From Antedon mediterranea (Eukaryota; Animalia; Echinodermata), in NCBI RefSeq assembly GCF_964355755.1, contig NC_092678.1, forward strand, positions 2,620,422 to 2,684,421: 64,000 nucleotides of DNA, in the 5' to 3' direction. The notes under the pieces were generated by a model. It had not been told where the DNA came from. It ran no database searches and saw only the letters and a list, made by a program, of their open reading frames with translations. Each line of letters opens with the position of its first letter. The stretch's first letter is position 1. Made by a program: the position numbers and the translations under genes. Of this stretch, positions 37,471 to 51,419 are shown one piece after another.

Positions 37471-37986
37471 ATTTTTTTTATAAAAGCCCTGAATTGTCTT
37501 ACATTGAACAAGATGTCTAGTCCACATCTATCCAGGTATCCATCCTTTGCATCCAGCACACTGAACACTTTAGCTTGACACAAATCTTAACGCCTCGTCT
37601 AGTATCGTCATCGGATAATGTCTGCATTTAATCGCAGCATTGATATCCCTCTAGGCTTAATATTTCCAAAAAGTTTTTGTTAACTTTCTGTTGTGTCCTT
37701 GATGTGATTTCGCCTTGAACTAACGGCCGTAAGGTGAGCCGTGTATTTTTTCCTCACTTTTATCGCGTTTGCACATGTGTAAAAATATTGATAATAATTA
37801 GTGTATAGATCCCCTATTGGTACATCCGGTTTCCCACATTTACTACAAATCTAAACGACTCTTCATCATCGGATAATGTTTGCATTTAATCGCAGCATTG
37901 AAATCTCTAGGATTTTTGTTGCATTAACAGCCGTAAGATGAGGCATGTTTTTCTTTGCTCAATAGTGATCCCATTTGCACAAATCA

Positions 37987-39052
37987 CAAAGTGTAAAAAC
38001 CAGCGACAGTAGGGGCGGTACACACCATTATTTAAAAGCTTCGGCCTGTAATCACAAAGTGTGCAGTTTGGCCTGACAATACACGCTAGTCTGAACCCAA
38101 TTGTTTGGGACCTCTACAGCCTCAAATTACGCTAGAAACACGTTGCTTCCAGGGGCTTCGCATAGCCTCCTACCCAACCCCCTCGGCAAAAATCCAGGGG
38201 CCACCACTGCTCTACAAGGGTATCATTTCATTTCATAGTAACATTTATTTCCTTCATAATATACAAAATAAATAATTTAATACAAAATTGGGTAATACTT
38301 GTACATAAATATTGTATCTTTCTAAAATTTATACTTATTCTCTTTATGGAGAAAGTTTGTCCCTATGTGTCGTAGTTTTATTGGCATTATTATGATCTGA
38401 GTGAATTATAGCATCATCAAAAACAAACTGATTATAACTGACCTCTTTAAAACTGGTATAGGTCACCCCGGGGTTTGATTTATGGTTCACCACCTCACAT
38501 TCCCTATACCACACTGCATCATTGTCACATTCTAGCTTCCAGCACTCTTCTTTTGGGAAGAGGCACTTCACTTTGAAAGAGGTTTTGTGAAAAACTCTAA
38601 CATGCTATTTATTGTCATACAACATTTTCAGCCACTCTCATTGTCTGTATGTGATTTTGCTGCACACTTCAGATGCATAATCAGCACATTTTTTAGAAGT
38701 TTGAGGATCAACTCTAGCATTGGTCTTCTCTCCTCGAACTCTATGATTGCAAGTCCCTCCTCAGCCATCAACTTCTCCATTGCTATGGGATGTTGCAGGA
38801 AAAATCCACTCAACATTCCCATCCATCAAAGTTATTGAATAGAGCGTGAACTTCTGCTTTAAAATTTTGAGCAGTACGTCACTCTGGAATATCTTGTTTT
38901 CAGGGTGACGACTCTTCTCAACTGACTAAAAAAATTTTGTTTAAAAGCATAGTCGGACACAACTGGTTGAATTTTAATGTCATTGCTGCGAATATCCTTA
39001 TAGTGACTCATTACAGTGAATAGGGTACAAGATGATCCCTTGAACCTCATCA
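37987..39052. other. About 1.07 kb segment present only in copy B; contains unassigned, disrupted coding-like sequence on the minus strand
   Basis: Copy A reads gcacaaatca|gaaattt; copy B reads gcacaaatca|caaag...cctcatca|gaaattt (ATCA microhomology). Confidence 0.8.
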
Positions 39053-39849
39053 GAAATTTATTCTCCTATTGCACTTGTTCTGCTAAGTTCTTACCCACAG
39101 TCTGTCTTTCCTAGGAAGGCCTAGGCCATCCTAGGAAAATTAACTCGCCTTGTAAACAGAAAAGTATAATGTGTGCCACTTTTCAATGTGACCTGTGTCA
39201 CTGGGTCTCCCACCCCGCACAAACATGCCATCATCACCCAACTATTCTTAGCAAAGGGTAATTTGGAAAAGTAGGGAAGATACTTACTATTTAAAAAAAA
39301 TTAGTCTTGTGTCCTTTTTTGCATACTAATATGATATTGCGAGTGACATGACATATCATGAGTGACATGACATTGTGAAACGACAGGATTTTAACTATAC
39401 TGTACCTTTTTTCATATATAATAAGGTACAGAAAACTATTTGCTTTGAGATCATTTCATTTTAAAAATATACAGCTCTTGAAAACTTCTCAAAAATTTCT
39501 TGAAAAATTGTTATGCTTAAATCGTGAGTGACAACCATTTTTGAAATTTTAAAGTTCTCATTTATTTTAAATATTACTTCTGAGAATTAAGTATAATGCT
39601 AAGGTACTCTTCAAATACAAATGGTGTACCATGCTTTGCCATATGAATCTTTTCAAAGACATTTAAAAAATAAACAACTAACCAACCAAGGCATCAACCT
39701 TTTCAAAGACATTAAAAAAAACAACCAAGGCATGGACCTTTTAAAAGACATTAAAAAAACAACAAATAAATCTGAAAAATAATAACTATGGATCTTAGAC
39801 GACAAAATTTGGTCAGTTTTATTTTAAAACGTTTTTAGAATTTTGTTTT

Positions 39850-41780
39850 ATTTAGAATTTTATGTTATAAGCTCTACAGACTTTTAAAAATCCAAAACGT
39901 TTATAAACGTTTTGTTTGCTTGTTTGTACTTTGTAAAACTACCTCCTCTCCGACTCCTGTACATCCCCATGCTTTTTGTTTTGTTTTGGTTGTTCTGCCA
40001 ACTAAGAGGCAAACCGAAAAGGCCAATTTGGTTAGACTTTGGAGTTCTCCAATGATTTGACATGGAATTACCTATGGAAATTGGTTATTAACCACTGGAC
40101 AAATGCATGAGTAGACTCTACCATTGTTAAAGTTTGTCTACTGGTGTTAGCGTTTGTCTACTGGTGTTAGCGTTTGTCTACTGGTGTTAGCGTTTGTCTA
40201 CTGATGTTATAGGGGATCTACTTCACACTCTTAATAGCGTTAGGCTAGCACGCTTGGTAGCGTTAGGCTCGCACTCATAATAGCGTTAAGCTTGCACTCT
40301 TACTAGTGTTAGATTCACACTCTTAATAGCATTAGGCTCGCACTCTTACTAGAGTTAGGCTTGCACTCTTTAATAGCAGTAGGCTCGCATTCTTAATAGA
40401 GTTAGTTCGCATTCTTAATAGCGTTAGGCTCGCATTCTTAAAAGAGTTAGGCTCGCACTCTTTAGCAGCTGTAGGCTCGCACTCTTTAGCAGCTGTAGGC
40501 TTGTACTTTAGCAGCTGTAGGCTCGCACTCATAATAGCGTTAGGCTCGCACTCTTACTAGAGTTAGGTTCGCTCTCTTAATAGCCATAGGCTCGCATTCT
40601 TACTAGCGTTAGACTCGCACTCTCATTAGCGTTAGGCTTGCACTCTTTAATAGCAGTAGGCTCGCATTCATAATAGCGTTAGGCTCGCATTCTTAATAGA
40701 GTTAGTTCGCATTCTTAATAGCGTTAGGCTCACATTCTTAATAGCGTTAGGCTCGCACTCTTTAGCAGATGTAGGCTCCCACTCTTTAGCAGCTGTAGGC
40801 TCGCAATTTATAGCAGGTGTAGGCTTGTACTCTTTAGCAGCTATATAGGCTTGTACTTCTTTAGCAGCTGTAGGCTTGCGCTCTTTAGCAGCTCTAGGCT
40901 CGCACTCTTTAGCAGTGATAGGCTGGTACTATGTAGGCTGGTACTTCTGTAGCAGCTGTAGGCTCGTACTTCTCAGCTGCGGTTGGCTTGTACTTCTGAA
41001 GCAGCTGTAGGCTTGTACTTCTTAGCAGCTTCTTCAGTAGATGTAGGCTCGTACTCTTCGGTAGGCTCGCACTCTAATGTAGGCATGTCCTCTATGGTAG
41101 GATATCACCCTTTTTAGGATCTCACTCTTCCGTAGGCATGCACTCTTCCGTAGGCACGCACTCTTCCGTAGGCACGCACTCTTCCGTAGGCACGCACTCT
41201 TCCGTAGGCACGCACTCTTCCGTAGGCACGCACTCTTCCGTAGGCACGCACTCTTCCGTAGGCACGCACTCTTCCGTAGGCTCGCACTCTTCCGTAGGCA
41301 CGCACTCTTCCGTAGGCACGCACTCTTCCGTAGGCACGCACTCTTCCGTAGGCACGCACTCTTCCGTAGGCACGCACTCTTCCGTAGGCACGCACTCTTC
41401 CATAGGCTCACACTCTTCAGTAGACTTGCTCTAACATTGGTAGGCGTGCTCTAACATCGGTAGGCGCACTTTAACATCGGTAGGCGCACTCTAGCAATGG
41501 TAGAGTCTACTCTACATGCATAGTCTGGTGGTTAGTATCCAATTTCTGTGGGTATTTTCATGTCAAATTGTTGGAGTACTTCATAGTAAAATCAAATTGA
41601 CCTTTTTGGTTTGTCATCTTAGTTGGCAGAACAACCAAAACAACACTTAAGCATGAGGATGTATGGCTATTGGAGAAGAGGTGGTTTTTGTTTTGTTTGT
41701 ATTCTTTTTTTTTTCTTTTTTTTTTTAAGTTTATAAACGTTTTGGTTTTTTAAAAGTCTGTAGATCTTTGTATTCTAAAT
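39850..41780 (+). ncRNA. Candidate long hairpin RNA, copy B
   Basis: Same inverted repeat as 3071-4974; two copy-A mismatches are Watson-Crick here (aaaacgtttataaac, ctgccaactaag); about 15 18-mers in the loop. Confidence 0.6.
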
Positions 41781-42249
41781 ATTATGTTTTTATAATTTGT
41801 TTACTGGTGTGTTGGGATAAAATTGTATGCATTTATATGCAGATAACATATTTTATAGATTCTGTTATTTATTAGTAAAATATCATACAGTAAAATATAC
41901 TACAGTATAACAAACCAGGACAAAACATCTGACCATAACGAACAATAATATTGCAATTTGTTACAATAGCTAATTCCATTTATTTATATATGTATTTTGA
42001 CTATATTGCATTTTCAGTAACGTGTAGTACTACAACTAGAAAACTTTACCCTCTGTGTCTATGGCAGTTTTACAAACACTACTTTTCTGTCATAACAGCT
42101 TTTACTAATAAGATATTGGATCTGTAACAAGACCTGACCCTAAACCCATACTGTTTGTATGTGGTCAAAATGTGGCATCTTGACCTGCCACTATCCTTGT
42201 TTGCATGGACCAATGTGTTGTCAAATCGTGGCAGCTTGGCCTGCTGAAT

Positions 42250-45200
42250 CATTAGGCTAGCTGCACACTCCTGCAGCATTAGACTAGCTGCACACTCCTG
42301 CAGCATTAGGCTGGCTGCACACTCCTGCAGCTTTTTGATCATTCAGTGTAGTGATCATTCTCGTCATTTGCTTATGGTTCAGACCAGAAACCTAATAAAT
42401 TGAAGTCCATAGAATGAATTCAAAATATTAAATCAAATATTATTTACCTTTTATTATTTCAATGCTATATGTCTTTACCTAATCTTTAAACATTCTTAAA
42501 CCTTTGCTTGGTTATAAGACATAATGGTGATATTGTTTCACCTGTGCTCAAACGTCACTCTTTTTGTAGTCCTATCACCTAGAACTTTGCTGCTTTCAGG
42601 ATGGCTTCACACACCATTTGCATGTGTGCTCAAAAGCTGGCTTCACACACCATTTGCATGTGTGCTCAAAAGCTGGCTTCACACACCATTTGCATGTGTG
42701 CTCAAAAGCTGGCTTCACACACCATTTGCATGTGTGCTCAAAAGCTGGCTTCACACTCCTGCATCCTTTTGATTATTCAATGTAATGATCTCGAACTTTC
42801 CTTGTGGTTCAGTCACATTAGGCTGGATTCACACTCCTGCAGCACTAGGCTGGCTTCACACTCCTGCAGCATTAGGCTGGCTTCACACGCCTGCAGCATT
42901 AGGCTAGCTGCACACTCCTGCAGCATTAGGCTGGCTTCACACTCCTGCAGCATTAGGCTGGCTTCACACGCCTGCAGCATTAGGCTGGCTTCACACTCCT
43001 GCAGCATTAGGCTGGCTTCACACTCCTGCAGCATTTGGCTGGCTGCACACTCCTGCAACATTAGGCTGGCTGCACACTCCTTTGGATTATTCAATGTAAT
43101 GATCTTGTCCTTGTGGTTCAGTCACTGCTCTATTGACATGACCAGAAATGAATTTGAAATATTAAATCAAATATTATTTACCTATGCAATAGTCTTTACC
43201 TTATCTTTAAAGATTCTTAAATCTTTGCTTGGTATAAGACATAATGGGGATATTGTTTCACCTGTGCCCATAACGTCACTCTTTTTGTAGTCCTATTACC
43301 TAGAACTTTGCTGCTTCAAGGCAGCATGCAGAAGTTTTTTTTAAAAACAAATCAGAGCTTTGCACACTATCCTCTTATATCTAAATCTTTTTCTCATTTC
43401 CATTTTTAATGCTATAAGCTTCTTGCTTAAATACATATGTACCAACATTAGGTATGCTGTGTCTCTTACTTTTCAATCGCATCAACCATTGATTGTAGAT
43501 TGTTGTATAGTGCTGTTATATGCAGCACTAGGTCTTAAAAACAATCTTTTTTTAAAACCTGCCCATTCCCATTATTGGTGCTATAAGCTTCTTGCTTAAA
43601 TACATTTGTACCAATATTAGGTATACTGTATATGTTTCCTTTTTCTTTCCTTTTTAATTGCTATCGACCATTGATCGTAGTATTGTGCTCTTATATGCAG
43701 CACTAGGTTTTAAAAACAATCTTTTTTTAAAGCACTGTTCCTTTTCTTACAACCCGTAAGGCCTAGCTTGTATAGTGTTTATGAATTGCCTTTATGCAAT
43801 ATAATCAGGCATAGTTCTAATTGATAACCCGATAGTTATCTTAAAAAAAATATCTCCATCAAAAATATCTTTATCAAAGCCATTTACATTTTAAAAATGG
43901 CCAATTCTGTGGATGACTTGTATCCCTTTTTTTAAACTATATCCCTGCATCCTTTTGAACATTCAGTGTAATGATCTCGTCCTTTCCTTATGGTTTAGTC
44001 ACTGCTCTGTTGACATGACCAGAAATTATTATTTACCTTGATTATTTCAATGTTGTTGACTAGACAAAAATCCATACTGTTCTTAAACCTTTACTTGGTA
44101 CAAGACATAATGGTGATATTGTTATCACCTGTACCAAAACATCACTTTTTAAAAAAGCAACCATTCTGCATGCTTTAATAGCTTTGCACACTACCCTCTT
44201 GCATCTACACCTTGATTATTTCAATGTTATATGTCTTTACCTAACCTTTAAAGATTCTTAAACCTTTACTTGGTATAAGACAAAATAGTGATATATTGTT
44301 TCCCCTGTGCCCAAAAGTCACTCCTTTTGTAGTCCTATTACCTAGAACGCTAATTAACCACTTCTGCATGCTCTAAGAGCATGCAGAAGTGATTGCTTTG
44401 TTAAACAAAACATTCAGAAGGCTATCAGCCTGGAATCATACTAGCCTCTTGAATCTACACCTTTTTCCCATTCCCATTCTTGGTGCTATAAGCTTCTTGC
44501 TTAAATACATTTGTACCAATCTTAGTTATACTGAGTCTCTTTTTCCTTCCTTTTTAATTGTCATTGACCATTGATCGTAGATTGTTGTATAGTGCTCTTA
44601 TATGCAGCACTAGGTTTTAAAAACAATCTTTTTTTGAAAGCACTATTCCTTTTCTTACAACCCATAAGGCCTAGCTTGTATAGTGTTTATGAATTGCCTT
44701 TATGCAATATAATCAGGCATAGTTCTAATTGATAACCCAATAGTCATCTTTAAAAAATATCTTCATCAAAGCCATTTACATTTTCAAAATGGCCAATTCT
44801 GTGGATGAGTTGTATCCTTTTATTTTCAACTATATCCCTGCATCCTTTTGAACATTCAGTGTAATGATCTCGTCCTTTCCTTATGGTTTAGTCACTGCTC
44901 TGTTGACGTGACCAGAAATTATTATTTACCTTGATTATTTCAATGTTGTTGACTAGACAAAAATCCATACTGTTCTTAAACCTTTACTTGGTACAAGACA
45001 TAATGGTGATATTGTTATCACCTGTACCAAAACATCACTTTTTAAAAAAGCAACCATTCTGCATGCTTTAATAGCTTTGCACACTACCCTCTTGCATCTA
45101 CACCTTGATTATTTCAATGTTATATGTCTTTACCTAACCTTTAAAGATTCTTAAACCTTTACTTGGTATAAGACAAAATAGTGATATATTGTTTCCCCTG

Positions 45201-47310
45201 TGCCCAAAAGTCACTCCTTTTGTAGTCCTATTACCTAGAACGCTAATTAACCACTTCTGCATGCTCTAAGAGCATGCAGAAGTGATTGCTTTGTTAAACA
45301 AAACATTCAGAAGGCTATCAGCCTGGAATCATACTAGCCTCTTGAATCTACACCTTTTTCCCATTCCCATTCTTGGTGCTATAAGCTTCTTGCTTAAATA
45401 CATTTGTACCAATCTTAGTTATACTGAGTCTCTTTTTCCTTCCTTTTTAATTGTCATTGACCATTGATCGTAGATTGTTGTATAGTGCTCTTATATGCAG
45501 CACTAGGTTTTAAAAACAATCTTTTTTTGAAAGCACTATTCCTTTTCTTACAACCCATAAGGCCTAGCTTGTATAGTGTTTATGAATTGCCTTTATGCAA
45601 TATAATCAGGCATAGTTCTAATTGATAACCCAATAGTCATCTTTAAAAAATATCTTCATCAAAGCCATTTACATTTTCAAAATGGCCAATTCTGTGGATG
45701 AGTTGTATCCTTTTATTTTCAACTATATCCCTGCATCCTTTTGAACATTCAGTGTAATGATCTCGTCCTTTCCTTATGGTTTAGTCACTGCTCTGTTGAC
45801 GTGACCAGAAATTATTATTTACCTTGATTATTTCAATGTTGTTGACTAGACAAAAATCCATACTGTTCTTAAACCTTTACTTGGTACAAGACATAATGGT
45901 GATATTGTTATCACCTGTACCAAAACATCACTTTTTAAAAAAGCAACCATTCTGCATGCTTTAATAGCTTTGCACACTACCCTCTTGCATCTACACCTTG
46001 ATTATTTCAATGTTATATGTCTTTACCTAACCTTTAAAGATTCTTAAACCTTTACTTGGTATAAGACAAAATAGTGATATATTGTTTCCCCTGTGCCCAA
46101 AAGTCACTCCTTTTGTAGTCCTATTACCTAGAACGCTAATTAACCACTTCTGCATGCTCTAAGAGCATGCAGAAGTGATTGCTTTGTTAAACAAAACATT
46201 CAGAAGGCTATCAGCCTGGAATCATACTAGCCTCTTGAATCTACATCTTTTTCCCATTCCCATTCTTGGTGCTATAAGCTTCTTGCTTAAATACATTTGT
46301 ACCAATCTTAGTTATACTGCGTCTCTTTTTCCTTCCTTTTTAATTGTCATTGACCATTGATCGTAGATTGTTGTATAGTGCTCTTATATGCAGCACTAGG
46401 TTTTAAAAACAATCTTTTTTTGAAAGCACTATTCCTTTTCTTACAACCCATAAGGCCTAGCTTGTATAGTGTTTATGAATTGCCTTTATGCAATATAATC
46501 AGGCATAGTTCTAATTGATAACCCAATAGTCATCTTTAAAAAATATCTTCATCAAAGCCATTTACATTTTCAAAATGGCCAATTCTGTGGATGAGTTGTA
46601 TCCTTTTATTTTCAACTATATCCCTGCATCCTTTTGAACATTCAGTGTAATGATCTCGTCCTTTCCTTATGGTTTAGTCACTGCTCTGTTGACGTGACCA
46701 GAAATTATTATTTACCTTGATTATTTCAATGTTGTTGACTAAACAAAAATCCATACTGTTCTTAAACCTTTACTTGGTATAAGACATAATGGTGATATTG
46801 TTTCACCTGTACCAAAACATCACTTTTTAAAAAAGCAACCATTCTGCATGCTTTAAGTGCTTTGCACACTACCCTCTTGCATCTACACCTTGATTATTTC
46901 AATGCTATATGTCTTTACCTAACCTTTAAAGATTCTTAAACCTTTACTTGGTATAAGACAAAATAGTGATATACTGTTTCCCCTGTGCCCAAACATCACT
47001 TCTTTTGTAGTCCTATTACCTAGAACGCTAATAACCACTTTTGCATGCTCTAAGAGCTTTGCATCTACATATTTTTCTCATTTCCATTTTAATGCTATAA
47101 GCTTCTTGCTTAAATACACTTGTACCAATATTAGGTATACTGTGTCTCTTTCCTTTTCAATTGCCATCAACCATTGATTGTAGATTGTTGTATATAGTGC
47201 TGTTATGTGCAGAAAAATAATCTTGTTTTCAAAACCTTATTCCTTTTCTTACAAGCAGTAAGACCTAACTTGTATAGCGTATATGTATTGCCATTATGCA
47301 ATATAATTGG
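42250..47310. repeat. 27-bp and 36-bp minisatellites plus 893-bp macrosatellite, copy B
   Basis: Equivalent ORFs start at 44389, 45282 and 46175 (893-bp period); 36-bp unit x4 at about 42600-42750 is single-copy in copy A. Confidence 0.95.
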
Positions 47311-50300
47311 GCATAGTTAACATTCAGGTTTTAAACTTCGTTTGGTTTTCCAAAGGAATTTCAAAATTAAACAGACTCTGCAGTTCACCATTTGGTAAAA
47401 ATTAAATTTAAATTTACTATTTGCTAATTGTCTTATATCTTTTGAGATTTGTACAAAGAGAAACAAATTTAACTACCATTTATTTAGTACATATTATGGA
47501 AAATTGAAATAATTTATGACAAGATACTGTACATTCTTCAATGCCCTTGTGTTTTTTTAAATGACATATTTGAAACCAGGGATATTTAGACTGCACCTTA
47601 CTATGCAGGAATTTAAGTATAATATAAATGAGTTGTTTCCTATTACTGATCAGGAGGCAAAGTAGCCTATGTTATATATATCCACATCCAATCAGTTTGA
47701 ATCATCATAAAGAACAACAACCAGAATATGGTTTGGTAACATTGTTGGCCAGTTCACAAAATAGCTGTACCGAACACTAAAACGTACCAGTTAGAGGAAA
47801 TGGAATGGTTTCACAGGAAAACCGAATATTTTTAAATGTTGCACGCAGAGGATAAAAAAGAAAAAACATGAAAACCAGAATATGTGTAAATTAACAACTC
47901 TGGTTGATGGGACAAAGAAGAAATACGAACTAATTGGTATTGACAGAAATCATTGTTGGATGAACTAATTGGTATTGGTAGAAATCATTGTTGATCAGTT
48001 CACAAAATAGCTGTACCGGAAACTACAATGTACCAGTTAGAGGAAATGTAATGGTTTCACAAGAAAACTGTATGCTTTTGAATGTTGCATGCAGAGAGCA
48101 TAAAAAGAAAAAAACCTGAAAACCAGACTACTCTGGTTGATGGGACAAAGATGAAATACAAACTAATTGGTATTGAAATCATTTGTTGACCAGTTCACAA
48201 AATAGCTGTACCGGAAACTACAATGTACCAGTTAGAGGAAAAGGAATGGGAAAAAACAAGAAAACCAAAGGCCTCTAAATGTTACACGCAGAGAGCATAA
48301 AGAATAAAAATAGTCTGTGAAAAACACTGAACACAAGTAAATGGATGGTTACATTTTAAAAGCATCTCATACAATCCTCAAACGATCTTGGCATTTCTTC
48401 AATCATGCAACGAGATCTATAATACCATTAGTAATGGTGAATTGTGGGGTCAATTTGAAATTTTAAAAACAATGATATCGCATTTATTTTTTGAAACAAA
48501 GTTTTCAATCAAAGCGTGTATTTTTCTAATACATAACCTATAAGAAAGCTTCTCATAATATTTAAAAATCTTCAACCAGTTCCTATGATAGCATTTGCTA
48601 TAAAAGGAACCATTTCCTTATATTGGCAACAGCAGTTTATTTAGTTTATACCTTTATGTATGCAACTAAAGTTGTTTTAAAAAGAGCCTTTTATAAATCC
48701 TATTTCTGTATGGAAAACACTTCTGTCCTGTATTTTGTTGATAGTAGACCTCCCCCAGCCATGTATTGAAATTGACAGGTGTAGAAAATCCATAAACTGC
48801 CCATTGATTTTTCATATCAGTATGGTACAACAACATTGAAAAAGTATAACAAATATTTATTACAAAATATTGTTTAATTTATGGTTTAAAGTGCTCATCA
48901 TATCCACTGGTCCATGTTTATTTTCTTAGGGCCATAGGTAAGGTTTCAACCTTGACAACCCAGTGACTTCATCACATCCCTTCTCTTGCAAACAAAAATT
49001 GATTGCACTTGACCTATTCCTTTTCTCGGAGCCGTACATTTGTACTGTCCATCCTTTGTTGATGAACTTGCCGCTCCTACCATCTCTAGATAGAGTTGCG
49101 TTCCGCCCTTAGTAATTTTCAATAACACGTTGGCTGACATGAAATTCCCAAAAATTAATTTGTCAATTTCTCTATTCATTTTAAATACTTGAATAAGGTC
49201 AGCTTTTTTTCTAATATCTTCTAGTGTCATTAAGTTTAGTTTTTTTATTCTTGTTTCATATGAATTTTCTTTAATCTCTAACATAGTTGTTGTTCTACGT
49301 TGGATTGCAGGCTTGTGTCAGTAATCCAGGTGAGGTATTCAGGGCCGTTGGATTGCAGGCTTGTGTCAGTAATCCAGATGAGGTATTCAGGGCCGTAGCC
49401 AGTCTGAAATGTTCAACTTTCACCACCCACCCCAATTTCCCAGCACAGATCGTCGTATTTTATAACAATAATTATATTTAAAGCATCTTTACCTCATATT
49501 AATATAGATCAATATTTAGAATGCATCTTTGCCTTATCTGTTTTATACTTCTCGCTACGGCCTTCTTATTTCTTTACTCCTGTTTATTTCTCAATAATTA
49601 AAATCTCCCCTCACCATTATTTCTTGCTTACCAACTTTCTGTAGGTCTATACATTTTGCATAATTGGTGTTTTATAAATTACTCCAGTTAATATTGTATT
49701 AGGCCTACTGTTTTTGTTCTTTTTTGTAAGTGCATCACCTGTCTCAATATTGTCGGTGTAGCTCACACTATACCGATTCTTGAAATTCAAAATCTTCTCT
49801 TTAAATCATTTCAAGGTGGGAACTGCATCTTACAGTTGTTTCCTTTCATATCTGCTCTAAATACTTTGTCTTGGTATACGTCATTTAGGCCAAATTACTC
49901 TTGTCTCTTGAGAGAATTGAATGTCTCGAAACAAGATGCTAAAATATGGCTGCTAATCAATATTTATTTCTCAATAATTAAAATCTCCATCACCATTATT
50001 TATTGCTTACCAGCTTCTGGCTGTTAATCAATATTTAGGATCTGCAGTTACTGAAAATGCAATGTCAAAAAAAAAAAAAATAGATAAGATATAAAATACC
50101 ATCTGGTTTACGAGAGTAGCCTAAGTTGATTATTAAGAAACCCCTATCTGGTTTAATGGAATAGCCTAAGTTAATTATCAAATAATAAGAAACCCCTATC
50201 TGGTTATGGAGTATAGCCTAAGTAATTTACTTATACAAACAAATAACAAAATCATCTGTGGGTTAATTTTCTGCTCATTTACTTTTCAGTTTCCGTAGGC

Positions 50301-51419
50301 CAAATTTTGTGCATCTTTTTTTAATTATTTTTATTATTATTGTTTGTTATAATTTATTTATATTATTTTTATTTATTTATTTATATTAATTTTTTTATTA
50401 ATTTTTTTATATTTCATTTAATATTTATTTTATTTTATTTAATTTTTTTTTTATTTATTGTTTTATTTTTATTTATAATTTTCATTTATTATTATTTATT
50501 GGTGAATATTGGTAGCTGACGACTTTCTTCCCATTTAACATCTGATCTTGTTCGTACACATACCCACTGATGATTCGGATGGATTGAATGCCCGGCTATC
50601 TGTGTCCTGCTAGCCCCACTCTGTGCCTCTTCATGCCGTTGCCTGAACTTTTTCTTTCTCTTCATTGCTTTTTATTTTTCTTCCTTTTATCTTCTTTACT
50701 TCTTTTATTTTACTTCCTGTGGCCACCATGCTTTGTATTTACTACTGTTTATATCATGGACAGAGATAAAACACTCTCTGTAATCAATGCAGACAAGATA
50801 ATGCCATGTCTGCATCAAGTATATCATGGACAGAGATAAAACACTCTCTGTAATCAATGCAGACAAGAAAATGCCAAGACAACATGTCATTCAAATCTGC
50901 TTTTTTCTGGTTCTCATGGGAAAAAAAATAAAATGCAAAAAAAAAATACAAAAAATAAAATACAAAAAAATTATTTTGAAAAATATTTCTGTAAAAATGT
51001 TTCTGAAGTCAAAGATATCTGGTATCTAACCTGGCCACAGGTATGTTTTTCTTTTTTATCTTTTTGTTTAATTTCTATTTTTGTCATTCTTCTGTTTATT
51101 TTCATTGCTTTTTTATTCCTTGTGTTATTATTTTACTTTCTTGTTGTGTATATGATTTGGGCATAGTTTTGTAGTGTAGATTATTGGGTGCATTTCGACC
51201 TAGGATGAAACCATTCCTATCCGCGCATCTCAGGCCGTAAAAAAAAAAAAAAAAATACAAAAAAAATTTAAAAAATAAAATACAAAAAAATTGGTATTTT
51301 CAACTTTTCACAGTTTCTGTGCAGTTTAAAAAAAAAAAATACAAAAAAAATACAAAAAATAAAATACAAAAAAATTGTTTTGAAAAAGATTTCTGAAAGT
51401 TTTTGAAGTTACTAAAAAG

